Part shown: in pieces, positions 35,007 to 47,050 of the stretch
Position numbering within the stretch: position 1 is the first letter of the stretch
How the letters are laid out: every line of letters starts with the position of its first letter
Assembly (NCBI RefSeq): GCF_039654945.1
Contig: NW_027361794.1
Span: 18,104,001 to 18,168,000 of the forward strand
Direction: 5' to 3'
From: Dendrobates tinctorius
Lineage: Eukaryota
Length of the DNA: 64,000 nucleotides
Made by a program: the position numbers and the translations under genes
The notes under the pieces: model-generated
Database searches by the model: none
What the model was told of the DNA's origin: nothing
Seen by the model: the letters and a program-made list of their open reading frames with translations, nothing else

Positions 35007-35714
35007 GGCTGGTTTCACACTTGCGTTTTTTTTGCGGGATTTTAGCGCTAAAAAACGCATGCGTTTTTTTTTTCCTATATTTTGCATGGGATGCGCTTAT
35101 GTGCGCATACACATGCGTTTGTATGCGTTTTTCCGCGCATGCGTTTTTTTGCGGTATGCGCTCGGGCGCACAAAATGCATCCTGGTGCATTTTTTGGGCG
35201 TCCGACTTGCCTCAAAAAAACGCATGCGCGCGCAATGCGTTTTTTTACAGCAAGACACCCATTATAAGTCTATGGTGAGCATATGTGCGCATTGGCATGC
35301 TCATGTATGCGTTTTTTTGCACATGCGTTTTTTTTTTACCATTCGTTTAGACAATGGAATTTAGGGGTTTGGGTTAGAGTTAGGGTTAGTTAAGGGGGTT
35401 AGGGTTAGGGCCAGGGTTAGGATCAGGGTATGGTTTGGTTAAGGGTTAGGGTTAGGGTCAGGGTCAGGGTTAGGGTTAGTAAAGTCATGGTTTGGGTTAG
35501 TGTGAGGGGCCACCTAATGTTGGAAAAAAACGCAAACGTGGTAAAAACGCACTAAAAACGCATACAAACGCATAAAAACGCTGCGTTTTTTTCATGCATG
35601 CTCATAAAAATGCTTGAAAAAAACGCAGCATCTGTATGCGTTTGTATGCGTTTTTTCAATGCGTTTTTTTGCGGGAAAAACGCGCTGCAAAAAAAAGCAA
35701 GTGTGAAACTAGCC
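35007..35714. mobile_element. PIF/Harbinger MITE with (TTAGGG)n-like core (mirror)
   Basis: Mirror of 27877-28578, one hexamer longer. Confidence 0.88.
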
Positions 35715-36004
35715 TTAACTATTCACATTAACAGCAAAAAACATCTTTTACAATTGGGATAATTTTCAGTTTAGTACTTAGCAGCACATCCGCACTTTTA
35801 TTATTTCCATTTTTGCACAGTAATATTGCATGCACTACTCCCTTATTTTCATTTTTCTTAAGTGTTTATCCACACTTTAACACTTTACAGCTCACCGCTA
35901 ATATTCACACACATTAATAGGTTGCTCATAGAGGAAACACTTTTTTCACCACTCCACCCTCTATAGGTATAATGCTTCCTTTTTCATGTTTATCTCCATA
36001 CATA

Positions 36005-37442
36005 CAGTGGGTACAGAAAGTATTCAGACCTTTTGCTCAGTATTGAGTAGAGGCATCCTTTTGAGCTAGTACAGCCATGAGTCGTCTTGGGAATGATGCA
36101 AAAAGTTTTTCACCCCTGGATTTGGGGATCATCTGTCATTCTTCCTTGCAGATCCACGCCAGTTCCGTCAGCTTGGAAGGTGAACTTTGGTGGACAGACA
36201 TTTTCAGGTCCTTCAGAGATGCTCACTTGGGTTTAAGTCAGGGATCTGTCTGGGTCAGTCAAGAATGGTCACAGAGTTGTTCTGAAGTCACTCCTTTCCT
36301 ATTTTAGCTGTGTGCTTAGGGTCATTGTCTTGTTGGAAGGTGAACCTTTGACCAATTCTGAGGTCCAAAGCACTCTGGCAGAGGTTTTCATCCAGGATAT
36401 CTCTCTACTTGGCCATATTCAAGTTTCCTTCAATGTCAACCAGTCATCCAGTCCCTGCAGCTGAAAAACACCCCCATAGCATGATGCTGCCACCACCATG
36501 TTTCACTGTTAGGATTGTATTGGGCAGGTGATGAGCAGTGCCTGTTTTTTTCCACAGGTACCGCTTAGACCTTTTTGGTGATAATTCTATCTTCGTCTCA
36601 TCATACCAGATAATCTTATTTCTCATAGTCTCGGAGTCCTTCATGTTTTTTTAGCAAAATCAATGCGGGTTTTCATATGTCTTGCACTGAGGAGGGGATT
36701 CTGTCAGGCCACTCTGCCATAAAGGCCCGACTGGTGGAGGGCTGCAGTAATATTTAACTTTGTGTAACTTCCTCCCATCTCCCTACTGCATCTGTGGAGC
36801 TCAGCCACAGTGATCTTGGGGTTCTTCTTCTACCTCTCTTACCAAGGCTCTTCTCCAACGATTGCTTAGTTTGGCTGGACGGCCAGGTCTAGGAAGACTT
36901 CTCGTGGTTCCAAACTTCTTCCATTTAAGGATTATGGAGGCTACTGTGTTCTTAGGAACCTTGAGTACTGCAGAAATTCTTTTGTAACCTTGGCCAGATC
37001 TGTGACTCAACACAATTCTGTCTGAGCTCCTTGGCAAGTCCCTTTGACCTCATTATTCTCATTTGGTCTGACATGCACTGTGAGGTCTTATATAGACAGG
37101 TGTGTGCCTTTGCAAATCAAGTCCTATCAGTTTAATTAAATACATCTGGACTACAATGAAGGTGAAGAATCGATTCAAGGAAGATCACAAGGAAATGGAC
37201 AGCATGTAAATTAAATATGAGTGTCTGACCAGAGGGTCTGAATACTTATAACCATGTGATATTTCAGTTTTTCTTTTGTAATAAATTTGCAAAATTTCTA
37301 CATTTCTGTTTTTTTTCAGTCAAAATGATCTGCAGATTGTACATTAATGAGAAATAATGAACTTTTTTGAATTTTCTTAATGGCTGCAATGAAACAAAGA
37401 GTGAAAAATGTAAAGGGGTCTGAATATTTTCCGTACCCACTG
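36005..37442 (-). mobile_element. Tc1-like transposon (mirror)
   Basis: TA-flanked CAGTGGGTAC TIRs, mirror of 26148-27586. Confidence 0.95.
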
Positions 37443-37835
37443 TATTCGGTCCAGCACCCATTATTAATTCTCTTGGCCATTCTCTTTACTGACGGCACAT
37501 TATATATCCGGGCTTGGGATAATGGAGCGCACACTTCTTTGGACCACGCCTGGCACGCAGCACGGTCGTTACCATGATCTCGATACTGGACACTTTCACA
37601 GCTCATAACTATCTACCTTCACAGCTGAAATAGTTGTTCTATCTTTTCAGTATACATAGCGGTTCCCAAGTTGGCTGCCACTTGGAATTATTCATCCATT
37701 CATGGCGAATACAATTTCTTGTTCTCCATCCTATGCTACAGATCGTTGGCAGCCTATTGTGTAACACTTTTTATGCAAGTTAATCAGCTCTTCTGCTCTC
37801 CTTACCACAGGATTACATGATCTCACTGGAATTAA

Positions 37836-38093
37836 AGGGAACCTGTCACCAGGTTTGGCCGATATCAGATATGGCCACCGCCTTTCAGGGCTTATCTACA
37901 GCATTCTATAATACTGTAGATAAGCCCCCAATCCGACCAGAAAGATAAGATAAATAAGTTTTATTGTACTTATCCGGGGGCAGTCTGGTCCGATGGGTGT
38001 TGCAGGTCCAGGTTTGGCGCCTCCCACCTTCTCATAATTGCCGCCTTCCTGCTTGCTTCATGGCTCCCGGCATCACGCTCCTGGACAGGCGTA
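37836..38093. mobile_element. Kolobok/T2-type MITE end (mirror)
   Basis: TTAA-AGGGAACCTGTCACC terminus. Confidence 0.65.
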
Positions 38094-41000
38094 CATATCT
38101 GTCTGTACTCAGGCCCATGTCTATTCTCTGTGTGCTCTACCCTGCGCGTCCGTACTCCTTTACCCTGCTCTGCACGTCTGTATTCCTGTATCCTGCTCTA
38201 CTTCTCCGTACCCTCTACACTGCTCTGCACATCCATACTCCTGTACTCCGTTCTGTATATCTGTCTCTAGTGCTCTGGTGTTCGTCAGTCTTCTACGTTT
38301 CCCTTCTATCCCATGTGTCTCCCACTATCTGAGCCGCCTCTCTTGGTATCAGCTAACGTGGTATTTGTCACACCGCCAGTCACGCGGCTCTCACCTGGGG
38401 GCAGGACCCCACGCCCGGTGTCACCATGTCTGGCGCTGCGGCCGCTCCGGGGTTCCCATTGGGTCCGCACACGCGCCTCTCATACTTAGTTCCATGGATG
38501 CACAACGTTGCTAGTGTGCATCTGTCTCTGCTCTGTCATACTCCTTTGCACACGCTCAGCTCCTACCTTCTCCCTGTCGTGCTTCTCAGCACACCCACTC
38601 TCTAACCTTGCACTCAGGCGTGCCCTCTGCGCACACTTTGCCTAACTCTGTACTCAGACGTGCTCCTTCGCTCGCGCCCTGCTTTGCTCGCACCGGGGCG
38701 TGCTTGTCTATGCACGCCATACGTGCTCTCGTGTACCCACCTTGCACTATCCTGTATCTAGCGTACTCCCGTGTACATGCTTTGTATTGTCCTGTACTCT
38801 CAGTGCTCCCGTACACTCGCCCTGTATTGTCCTATACCCTGCATGTCCCTATGTCCACGCTATGCACACTCTTGTACTCTGCACATTCCCTGTTGCTAGA
38901 CACATCACTCGTGTCTCCTGTGAGCCGGCCACCTGGTTCCAGCTGTCGTGGTAGCTCACCCCTTTAGGCTTGCCCCTGACACTCCCTGTATAGGGAGTGG
39001 TCCTCACTAGGTCAGCTCGCCCTAGGTGGGTTGGTGTCACGACCCAGAAGGTCCACTCCAGGAGTCGTCACAGAATTAGAGATCCCTGGGCCTGTCCCTG
39101 ATGATCCCTGTATAGGGGTCAGTCTTCACTAGGTCAGCTCGCCCTGGAGCTATCTGTTCCACAGTCCAGAGAGTCTACTCTTATTGCTCGCCTCCCTGTG
39201 GCGTTACAGAATAACCAGGCCATGGACCCCGCTGGCACCACGTTTTCCGCGGCTTCCGTACAGGTAACAGCCTGTGGCTTTGGCTCTGTGTCCTTGCCAC
39301 ATTTCCCGCCTCGTGCTTGCAAGCCACCTAAGTTTTCCCAATCTGTGCAGGCGTTTTTTGACTCAGTGCAGCATCCATTTTGAACTCCTGCCCCTGTGGT
39401 ATCCCACCGACCGGGCAAAGGTGGCTTTCATTTTATCTCTTCCAGAGGGAGAGGCCTTGGCTTGGGTGAATCCCCTGTGGGAGCGTGATGACCCCATTGT
39501 CTCCCAATTGGCAGCTTTTTTGGAGACTTTTCGCAGGGTCTTCGATGAACCAGGATGGCTGGCCTTCATGACTGGGTCCCTTTTCAACCTTCGCCAAGGT
39601 TCCCTGTCAGTAGCTCAGTGCGCCATTCGCGTCCGCATCCTAGCCTCCGAGTTGGGATGGAATAATGAAGCTCTGGTTGGTGCTTTCTGGCATGGGCTGT
39701 CAGGCTGGATTAAGGATGAGCTCGCGGGGCGAGATACTTCAACCTCCTTGGAGGATCTAATCTCCTTGGCCACATGCATAGATTTGTGTTCCCAGGAACG
39801 ATCCTGCAAGGCTTCATAGAATCATAGAATCATAGAATCGTAGAGTTGGAAGGGACCTCCTGGGCCATCTGGTCCAACCCCCTGCTCAAAGCAGGATTCG
39901 CTAAATCATCCCAGTCAGATGTCTGTCCAGCCTCTGTTTGAAGACTTCCATTGAAGGAGAACTCACCACTTCTCGTTGCAGCCTGTTCCACTCATTGATC
40001 ACTCTAACTGTCAAAAAGTTTTTTCTAATATCTAATCTGTGTCTCCTCCCATTCAGTTTCATCCCATTGCTTCTAGTCTTTCCTTGTGCAAATGAGAATA
40101 AAGTTGATCCTTCTACAATGTGACAGCCCTTTAGATATTTGTAGACAGCAATTAAGTCTCCTCTCAGTCTTCTCTTTTGCAAACTAAACATTCCCAAATC
40201 CTGCAACCTTTCCTCATAAGACAGGGTTTGCAGACCGGTCACCATTCTGGTCGCTCTTTTCTGAACTTGCTCCAGTTTGTTGATGTCTTTTTTAAAATGT
40301 GGTGCCCAAAACTGGACACAATATTCCAGATGAGGTCTGACCAAAGAGGAGTAGAGGGAAATAATGACTTCACGTGATCTAGACTGTATGCTTCTGTTAA
40401 TACATCCTAGAACTGCATTTGCCTTTTTTGCTGCTGCATCACACTGTTGACTCATATTCAGTCTGTGATCTATTAGTATACCCAAGTCTTTTTCACATGT
40501 GCTGTCACTTAGCCCTATTCCTCCCATTCTATATATGCTTTTTTCATTTTTATTGCCCAGATGTAGTACTTTGCATTTCTCCCTGTTAAAAACCATTCTG
40601 TTAGTTACTGCCCACTTCTCCAGTTTATTTAAATCTTTTTGAATCCTCTCTCTCTCTTCTCTAGTATTAGCTATCCCTCCTAGCTTTGTGTCATCAGCAA
40701 ATTTAATCAGTTTACCCTCAATTCCTTCATCTAAATCGTTGATAAAGATGTTGAACAATACAGGGCCCAGGACAGAGCCCTGTGGTACCCCACTTGAGAC
40801 ATTCTTCCAACTGGATGTGCAGCCATTTACGACCACTCTTTGGGTCCGATCACTAAGCCAGCTATGAATCCACCTAACAGTTGCCTTGTCCATTCCATAC
40901 TTAGTCATTTTTTCAATTAGGATTGTATGAGAGACTTTGTCAAATGCTTTGCTGAAGTCAAGATATACTATATCTACAGCATTTCCTTGATCCACCCAAT

Positions 41001-41753
41001 CAGTGATACCGGAGAGGCTGGTTTACTTCTTCCTCTAGGACAGGTAGGGGAGGCCTTCTTAGGAGTTCCTGATTCCTCATCTCCCTTGACTTTTTAAGTT
41101 TTGAAATACATGGAGCAGTGACATTACTCCGAGGTGGCCTATGTGGATTCGGGTGTGGAAGGCAACTTTATTAAAGTAGTCTCAAGACTGTCAGGAGGCT
41201 TCAGATTCCTGTTGTTTCCCTGGACAGACCACGTTTGATTGCATCGGTTGATGGAAGACCTTTGCCAGAGCTCGTCACCATGGTGACCGAAGAAATAGTA
41301 CTACAGATTGGGGCCCTTCATTAGGAGAGCATTGCCTTGTACGTACTACCGAACCTCTCACACGCACTGTTGCTTGTGTTGCCTTGGCTCTGGTCCTATG
41401 AACCTATCCTTGATTGGTGCTCGGGTGATGTGCTACGTTGGGGGATCCTCCTGCCAGAAGCAGTGTCTGCAGCCAATTCGTCCTGTTAATCTCCCACAGT
41501 CCACCTCTGCTCCCGCAGGTCTCCCTTCGGCTTATTGGGGCTATACGGTCTCCCTTCGGCTTATTGGGGCTATACGGACGTCTTCAATAAGAAGGAGGCT
41601 GAGGTCCTTCCTCCACACCGCTCGTATGATTGCCCGATCAAGCTTGTTCCAGGTTCCTCACCGCCCAGGAAAAGGATCTACCCTTTGTCTCCGGAGGAGA
41701 CTCAGGCCATGTCGGAGTATATTCAGGAGAACTTTTCCAGAGGGTTCATCCGG
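38094..41753 (+). mobile_element. Decayed Gypsy element (mirror), with nested solo LTR 38366-39072 and an arm-specific CR1 insertion
   Basis: Mirror of 23060-25496. The gag ORF 39274-39819 ends at the CR1 tail. Confidence 0.88.
39815..41008 (-). mobile_element. CR1 LINE, 5'-truncated, right arm only
   Basis: Uninterrupted 364-aa RT C-terminus (YLDFSKAFDKV, SGVPQGSVLGP, KFADDTKL, YSSLVRPHLEYC) and an (ATTCTATG)n 3' tail. The empty site is visible at about 23775. Confidence 0.97.
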
Positions 41754-42042
41754 ACAGACAAGCACACACACACAGACACACACGCAGCTCCACTCCGAAC
41801 ACGGCTCCACTCCGTACACCTCGTACACATGCGACTCGGCTCTGTACGTCTCGTACACACGCGGCTCTGCTACATCCACCCTGTAAACCCCTCCTGACCC
41901 CACACAGAAACTTCCCCTCATCCAGCACCAAGACAACCAGCACAGCAGAGTCCTGCATACACTGAGGCCCTGATCATGTGACCCCTGACTCCTCCCCTCC
42001 TGTGACCTCATGACAGGTCCTGTGCGCACAGAGCTGCCATAT

Positions 42043-45000
42043 ATGTGGAGTGTGGCTCTGTGGGTGGAGGTCAGTGCTGGAGGCTCCATTATTCTCTATG
42101 TGGAGTGTGGCTCTGCGGGTGGAGGTCGGTGCTGGAGGCTCCATTATTCTCTATGTGGAGTGCGGCTCTGCGGGTGGAGGTCGGTGCTGGAGGCTCCATT
42201 ATTCTCTATGTGGACTGCGGCTCTGTGGGTGGAGGTCGGTGCCGGAGGCTCCATTACTCTCTATGTGGAGTGCGGCTCTGCGGGTGGAGGTAGGTGCTGG
42301 AGGCTCCATTATTCTCTATGTGGAGTGCGGCTCTGCGGGTGGAGGTAGGTGCCGGAGGCTCCATTATTCTCTATGTGGAGTGCGGCTCTGCGGGTGGAGG
42401 TCGGTGCTGGAGGCTCCATTATTCTCTATGTGGAGTGCGGCTCTGCGGGTGGAGGTCGGTGCTGGAGGCTCCATTATTCTCTATGTGGAGTGTGGCTCTG
42501 TGGGTGGAGGTCGGTGCTGGAGGCTCCATTATTCTCTATGTGGAGTGCGGCTCTGCGGGTGGAGGTCGGTGCTGGAGGCTCCATTATTCTCTATGTGGAG
42601 TGCGGCTCTGCGAGTGGAGGTCGGTGCTGGAGGCTCCATTATTCTCTATGTGGAGTGCGGCTCTGCGGGTGGAGGTCAGTGCTGGAGGCCCCATTATTCT
42701 CTATGTGGAGTGCGGCTCTGCGAGTGGAGGTCGGTGCTGGAGGCTCCATTATTCTCTATGTGGACTGCGGCTCTGCGGGTGGAGGTCAGTGCTGGAGGCT
42801 CCATTATTCTCTATGTGGAGTGCGGCTCTGCGGGTGGAGGTCGGTGCTGGAGGCTCCATTATTCTCTATGTGGAGTGCGGCTCTGCGGGTGGAGGTCGGT
42901 GCTGGAGGCTCCATTATTCTCTATGTGGAGTGCGGCTCTGCGGGTGGAGGTCGGTGCTGGAGGCTCCATTATTCTCTATGTGGAGTGTGGCTCTGTGGGT
43001 GGAGGTCGGTGCTGGAGGCTCCATTATTCTCTATGTGGAGTGCGGCTCTGCGAGTGGAGGTCGGTGCTGGAGGCTCCATTATTCTCTATGTGGAGTGCGG
43101 CTCTGTGGGTGGAGGTCAGTGCTGGAGGCCCCATTATTCTCTATGTGGAGTGCGGCTCTGCGAGTGGAGGTCGGTGCTGGAGGCTCCATTATTCTCTATG
43201 TGGAGTGCGGCTCTGCGGGTGGAGGTCAGTGCTGGAGGCTCCATTATTCTCTATGTGGAGTGCGGCTCTGCGGGTGGAGGTCGGTGCTGGAGGCTCCATT
43301 ATTCTCTATGTGGAGTGCGGCTCTGCGGGTGGAGGTCGGTGCTGGAGGCTCCATTATTCTCTATGTGGAGTGCGGCTCTGCGGGTGGAGGTCGGTGCTGG
43401 AGGCTCCATTATTCTCTATGTGGACTGCGGCTCTGCGGGTGGAGGTAGGTGCCGGAGGCTCCATTATTCTCTATGTGGAGTGCGGCTCTGCGGGTGGAGG
43501 TCGGTGCTGGAGGCTCCATTATTCTCTATGTGGAGTGCGGCTCTGTGGGTGGAGGTCAGTGCTGGAGGCCCCATTATTCTCTATGTGGAGTGCGGCTCTG
43601 CGAGTGGAGGTCGGTGCTGGAGGCTCCATTATTCTCTATGTGGAGTGCGGCTCTGTGGGTGGAGGTCAGTGCTGGAGGCCCCATTATTCTCTATGTGGAG
43701 TGCGGCTCTGCGGGTGGAGGTAAGTGCTGGAGGCTCCATTATTCTCTATGTGGAGTGCGGCTCTGCGGGTGGAGGTAAGTGCTGGAGGCTCCATTATTCT
43801 CTATGTGGAGTGCGGCTCTGTGGGTGGAGGTCGGTGCTGGAGGCTCCATTATTCTCTATGTGGAGTGCGGCTCTGTGGGTGGAGGTCGGTGCGGGAGGCT
43901 CCATTATTCTCTATGTGGAGTGCGGCTCTGCGGGTGGAGGTCGGTGCTGGAGGCCCCATTATTCTCTATGTGGAGTGTGGCTCTGCGGGTGGAGGTAAGT
44001 GCGGGAGGCTCCATTATTCTCTATGTGGAGTGCGGCTCTGCGGGTGGAGGTCGGTGCGGGAGGCTCCATTATTCTCTATGTGGAGTACGGCTCTGCGGGT
44101 GGAGGTAAGTGCTGGAGGCTCCATTATTCTCTATGTGGAGTGCGGCTCTGCGGGTGGAGGTAAGTGCTGGAGGCTCCATTATTCTCTATGTGGAGTGCGG
44201 CTCTGTGGGTGGAGGTCGGTGCTGGAGGCTCCATTATTCTCTATGTGGAGTGCGGCTCTGCGGGTGGAGGTAAGTGCTGGAGGCTCCATTATTCTCTATG
44301 TGGAGTGCGGCTCTGTGGGTGGAGGTCGGTGCGGGAGGCTCCATTATTCTCTATGTGGAGTGCGACTCTGCGAGTGGAGGTCGGTGCTGGAGGCCCCATT
44401 ATTCTCTATGTGGAGTGCGGCTCTGCGGGTGGAGGTCGGTGCTGGAGGCTCCATTATTCTCTATGTGGAGTGCGGGTATGTGGGTGGAGGTCGGTGCCGG
44501 AGGCTCCATTATTCTCTATGTGGAGTGCGGCTCTGCGTGTGGAGGTCGGTGCCAGAGGCTCCATTATTCTCTATGTGGAGTGTGGCTCTGCGGGTGGAAG
44601 TCAGTGCTGGAGGCTCCATTATTCTCTGTGGAGTGTGGCTCTGCGGGTGGAGGTCGGTGCCGGAGGCTCCATTATTCTCTATGTGGAGTGCGGCTCTGCG
44701 GGTGGAGGTCGGTGCTGGAGGCTCCATTATTCTCTATGTGGAGTGCGACTCTGTGTGTGGAGGTCGGTGCCGGAGGCTCCATTATTCTCTATGTGGAGCG
44801 CGGCTCTGCGGGTGGAGGTCGGTGCTGGAGGCTCCATTATTCTCTATGTGGAGTGCGGCTCTGCGGGTGGAGGTCGGTGCTGGAGGCTCCATTATTCTCT
44901 ATGTGGAGTGCGGCTCTGCAGGTGGAGGTCAGTGCTGGAGGTTCCATTATTCTCTATGTGGAGTGCGGCTCTGCGGGTGGAGGTCGGTGCTGGAGGCTCC

Positions 45001-46305
45001 ATTATTCTCTATGTGGAGTGCGGCTCTGCGGGTGGAGGTCGGTGCTGGAGGCTCCATTATTCTCTATGTGGAGTGCGACTCTGTGTGTGGAGGTCGGTGC
45101 CGGAGGCTCCATTATTCTCTATGTGGAGCGCGGCTCTGCGGGTGGAGGTCGGTGCTGGAGGCTCCATTATTCTCTATGTGGAGTGCGGCTCTGCGGGTGG
45201 AGGTCGGTGCTGGAGGCTCCATTATTCTCTGTGTGGAGTGCGGCTCTGCGGGTGGAGGTCGGTGCCGGAGGCTCCATTATTCTCTATGTGGAGTGTGGCT
45301 CTGCGGGTGGAGGTCGGTGCTGGAGGCTCCATTATTCTCTATGTGGAGTGCGGCTCTGCGGGTGGAGGTCGGTGCTGGAGGCTCCATTATTCTCTATGTG
45401 GAGTGCGGCTCTGCGGGTGGAGGTCGGTGCAGGAGGCGCCATTATTCTCTATGTGGAGTGCGGCTCTGAGGGTGGAGGTTGGTGCCGGAGGCTCCATTAT
45501 TCTCTATGTGGAGTGCGGCTCTGCGGGTGGAGGTTGGTGCCAGAGGCTCCATTATTCTCTATGTGGAGTGCGGCTCTGCGGGTGGAGGTCGGTGCTGGAG
45601 GCTCCATTATTCTCTGTGTGGAGTGCGGCTCTGCGGGTGGAGGTCGGTGCTGGAGGCTCCATTATTCTCTATGTGGAGTGCGGCTCTGCGGGTGGAGGTC
45701 GGTGCTGGAGGCTCCATTATTCTCTATGTGGAGTGTGGCTCTGAGGGTGGAGGTCGGTGCCGGAGGCTCCATTATTCTCTATGTGGAGTGCGGCTCTGCG
45801 GGTGGAGGTCGGTGCCGGAGGCTCCATTATTCTCTATGTGGAGTGTGGCTCTGCGGGTGGAGGTCGGTGCTGGAGGCTCCATTATTCTCTATGTGGAGTG
45901 CGGCTCTGCGGGTGGAGGTCGGTGCCGGAGGCTCCATTATTCTCTATGTGGAGTGCGGCTCTGCGGGTGGAGGCAAGTGCTGGAGGCTCCATTATTCTCT
46001 ATGTGGAGTGCGGCTCTGCGGGTGGAGGTCGGTGCTGGAGGCTCCATTATTCTCTATGTGGAGTGCGGCTCTGCGGGTGGAGGTCGGTGCTGGAGGCTCC
46101 ATTATTCTCTATGTGGAGTGCGGCTCTGCGGGTGGAGGTCGGTGCCGGAGGCTCCATTATTCTCTATGTGGAGTGCGGCTCTGCGGGTGGAGCTCGGTGC
46201 TGGAGGCTCCATTATTCTCTATGTGGAGTGCGGCTCTGCGGGTGGAGGTCGGTGCTGTAGGCTCCATTATTCTCTATGTTGATTGCGGCTCTGCGGGTGG
46301 AGGTA
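42043..46305 (+). repeat. 55-bp minisatellite, about 77 copies
   Basis: Same unit as 21865-22802, with one 2-bp-shorter unit near 44627. Confidence 0.97.
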
Positions 46306-47050
46306 TGTGGGGATTCTCCACATCTTTTTAGTCTCTTTAGCTTCATAGTATCAGCTCTAATCCAATGGTGAGAGAGCGATTTACCCTGAAGAGTCACAGA
46401 TTGTGGGGTTGGTATAAAATGTTATATTTAGCGATTTCTGTGTTGTCTCCTTATAAGAATCACAATGGTTTTGTTCCTTTTCCGCTGATTGATACAAACG
46501 ACCCAACTATGAAACACGAGAACCGAGGAAACCTGTATTACTCTCATAGTACGGGGCCTCTTACTTGCCCCCATATACAGTATAATGTTCCCCCAGTATC
46601 GCCATCCTCCACACACAATATGTTTCCACCCAAACCAGGAGATAATCAGTTCTCACTCTTCCCCATACTTAATGCCATAGAGCCCCTTTCTTGGTTCCCG
46701 CACACAGAATTATGTTCCACAGTATCTCCATCCCCAATTTTATTTATTTATTTTTGTGTTTTTCATGTAATATACGGAAGCCTACAGGGAAATGCTAAAA
46801 TATACCACTGTACGTGGAGACATTGGCCTCATATATATATAGGTTTTATTAGTAGATGTAAAGAAGGAAACTAAATACTGTAAAATAATAAATCTCCTCA
46901 TATGTTTCCCTTATTATCTCCAGTAATTGTATTATTACACAGAATATTTATGATGTTACATCGGCTCATCTTCTCATTCAGGTCTCTACAATATCGTATC
47001 TTCTCAGTGAAGATCTATATAAGAGAATTTTCCTGATTTACCCATCAAAG

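Noticed and set aside
28110-35500. Telomere-fusion scar at the palindrome centre
   Set aside because: The hexamers are inside a MITE, 3.5 kb from the axis, and ordered CCCTAA...TTAGGG, the opposite of an end-to-end fusion.
42050-46331. Long ORFs (up to 685 aa) of repeated MWSAALRVEVGAGGSIILYVECGS...
   Set aside because: They are a by-product of a stop-free 55-bp unit cycling through all three frames, with no independent sign of coding.
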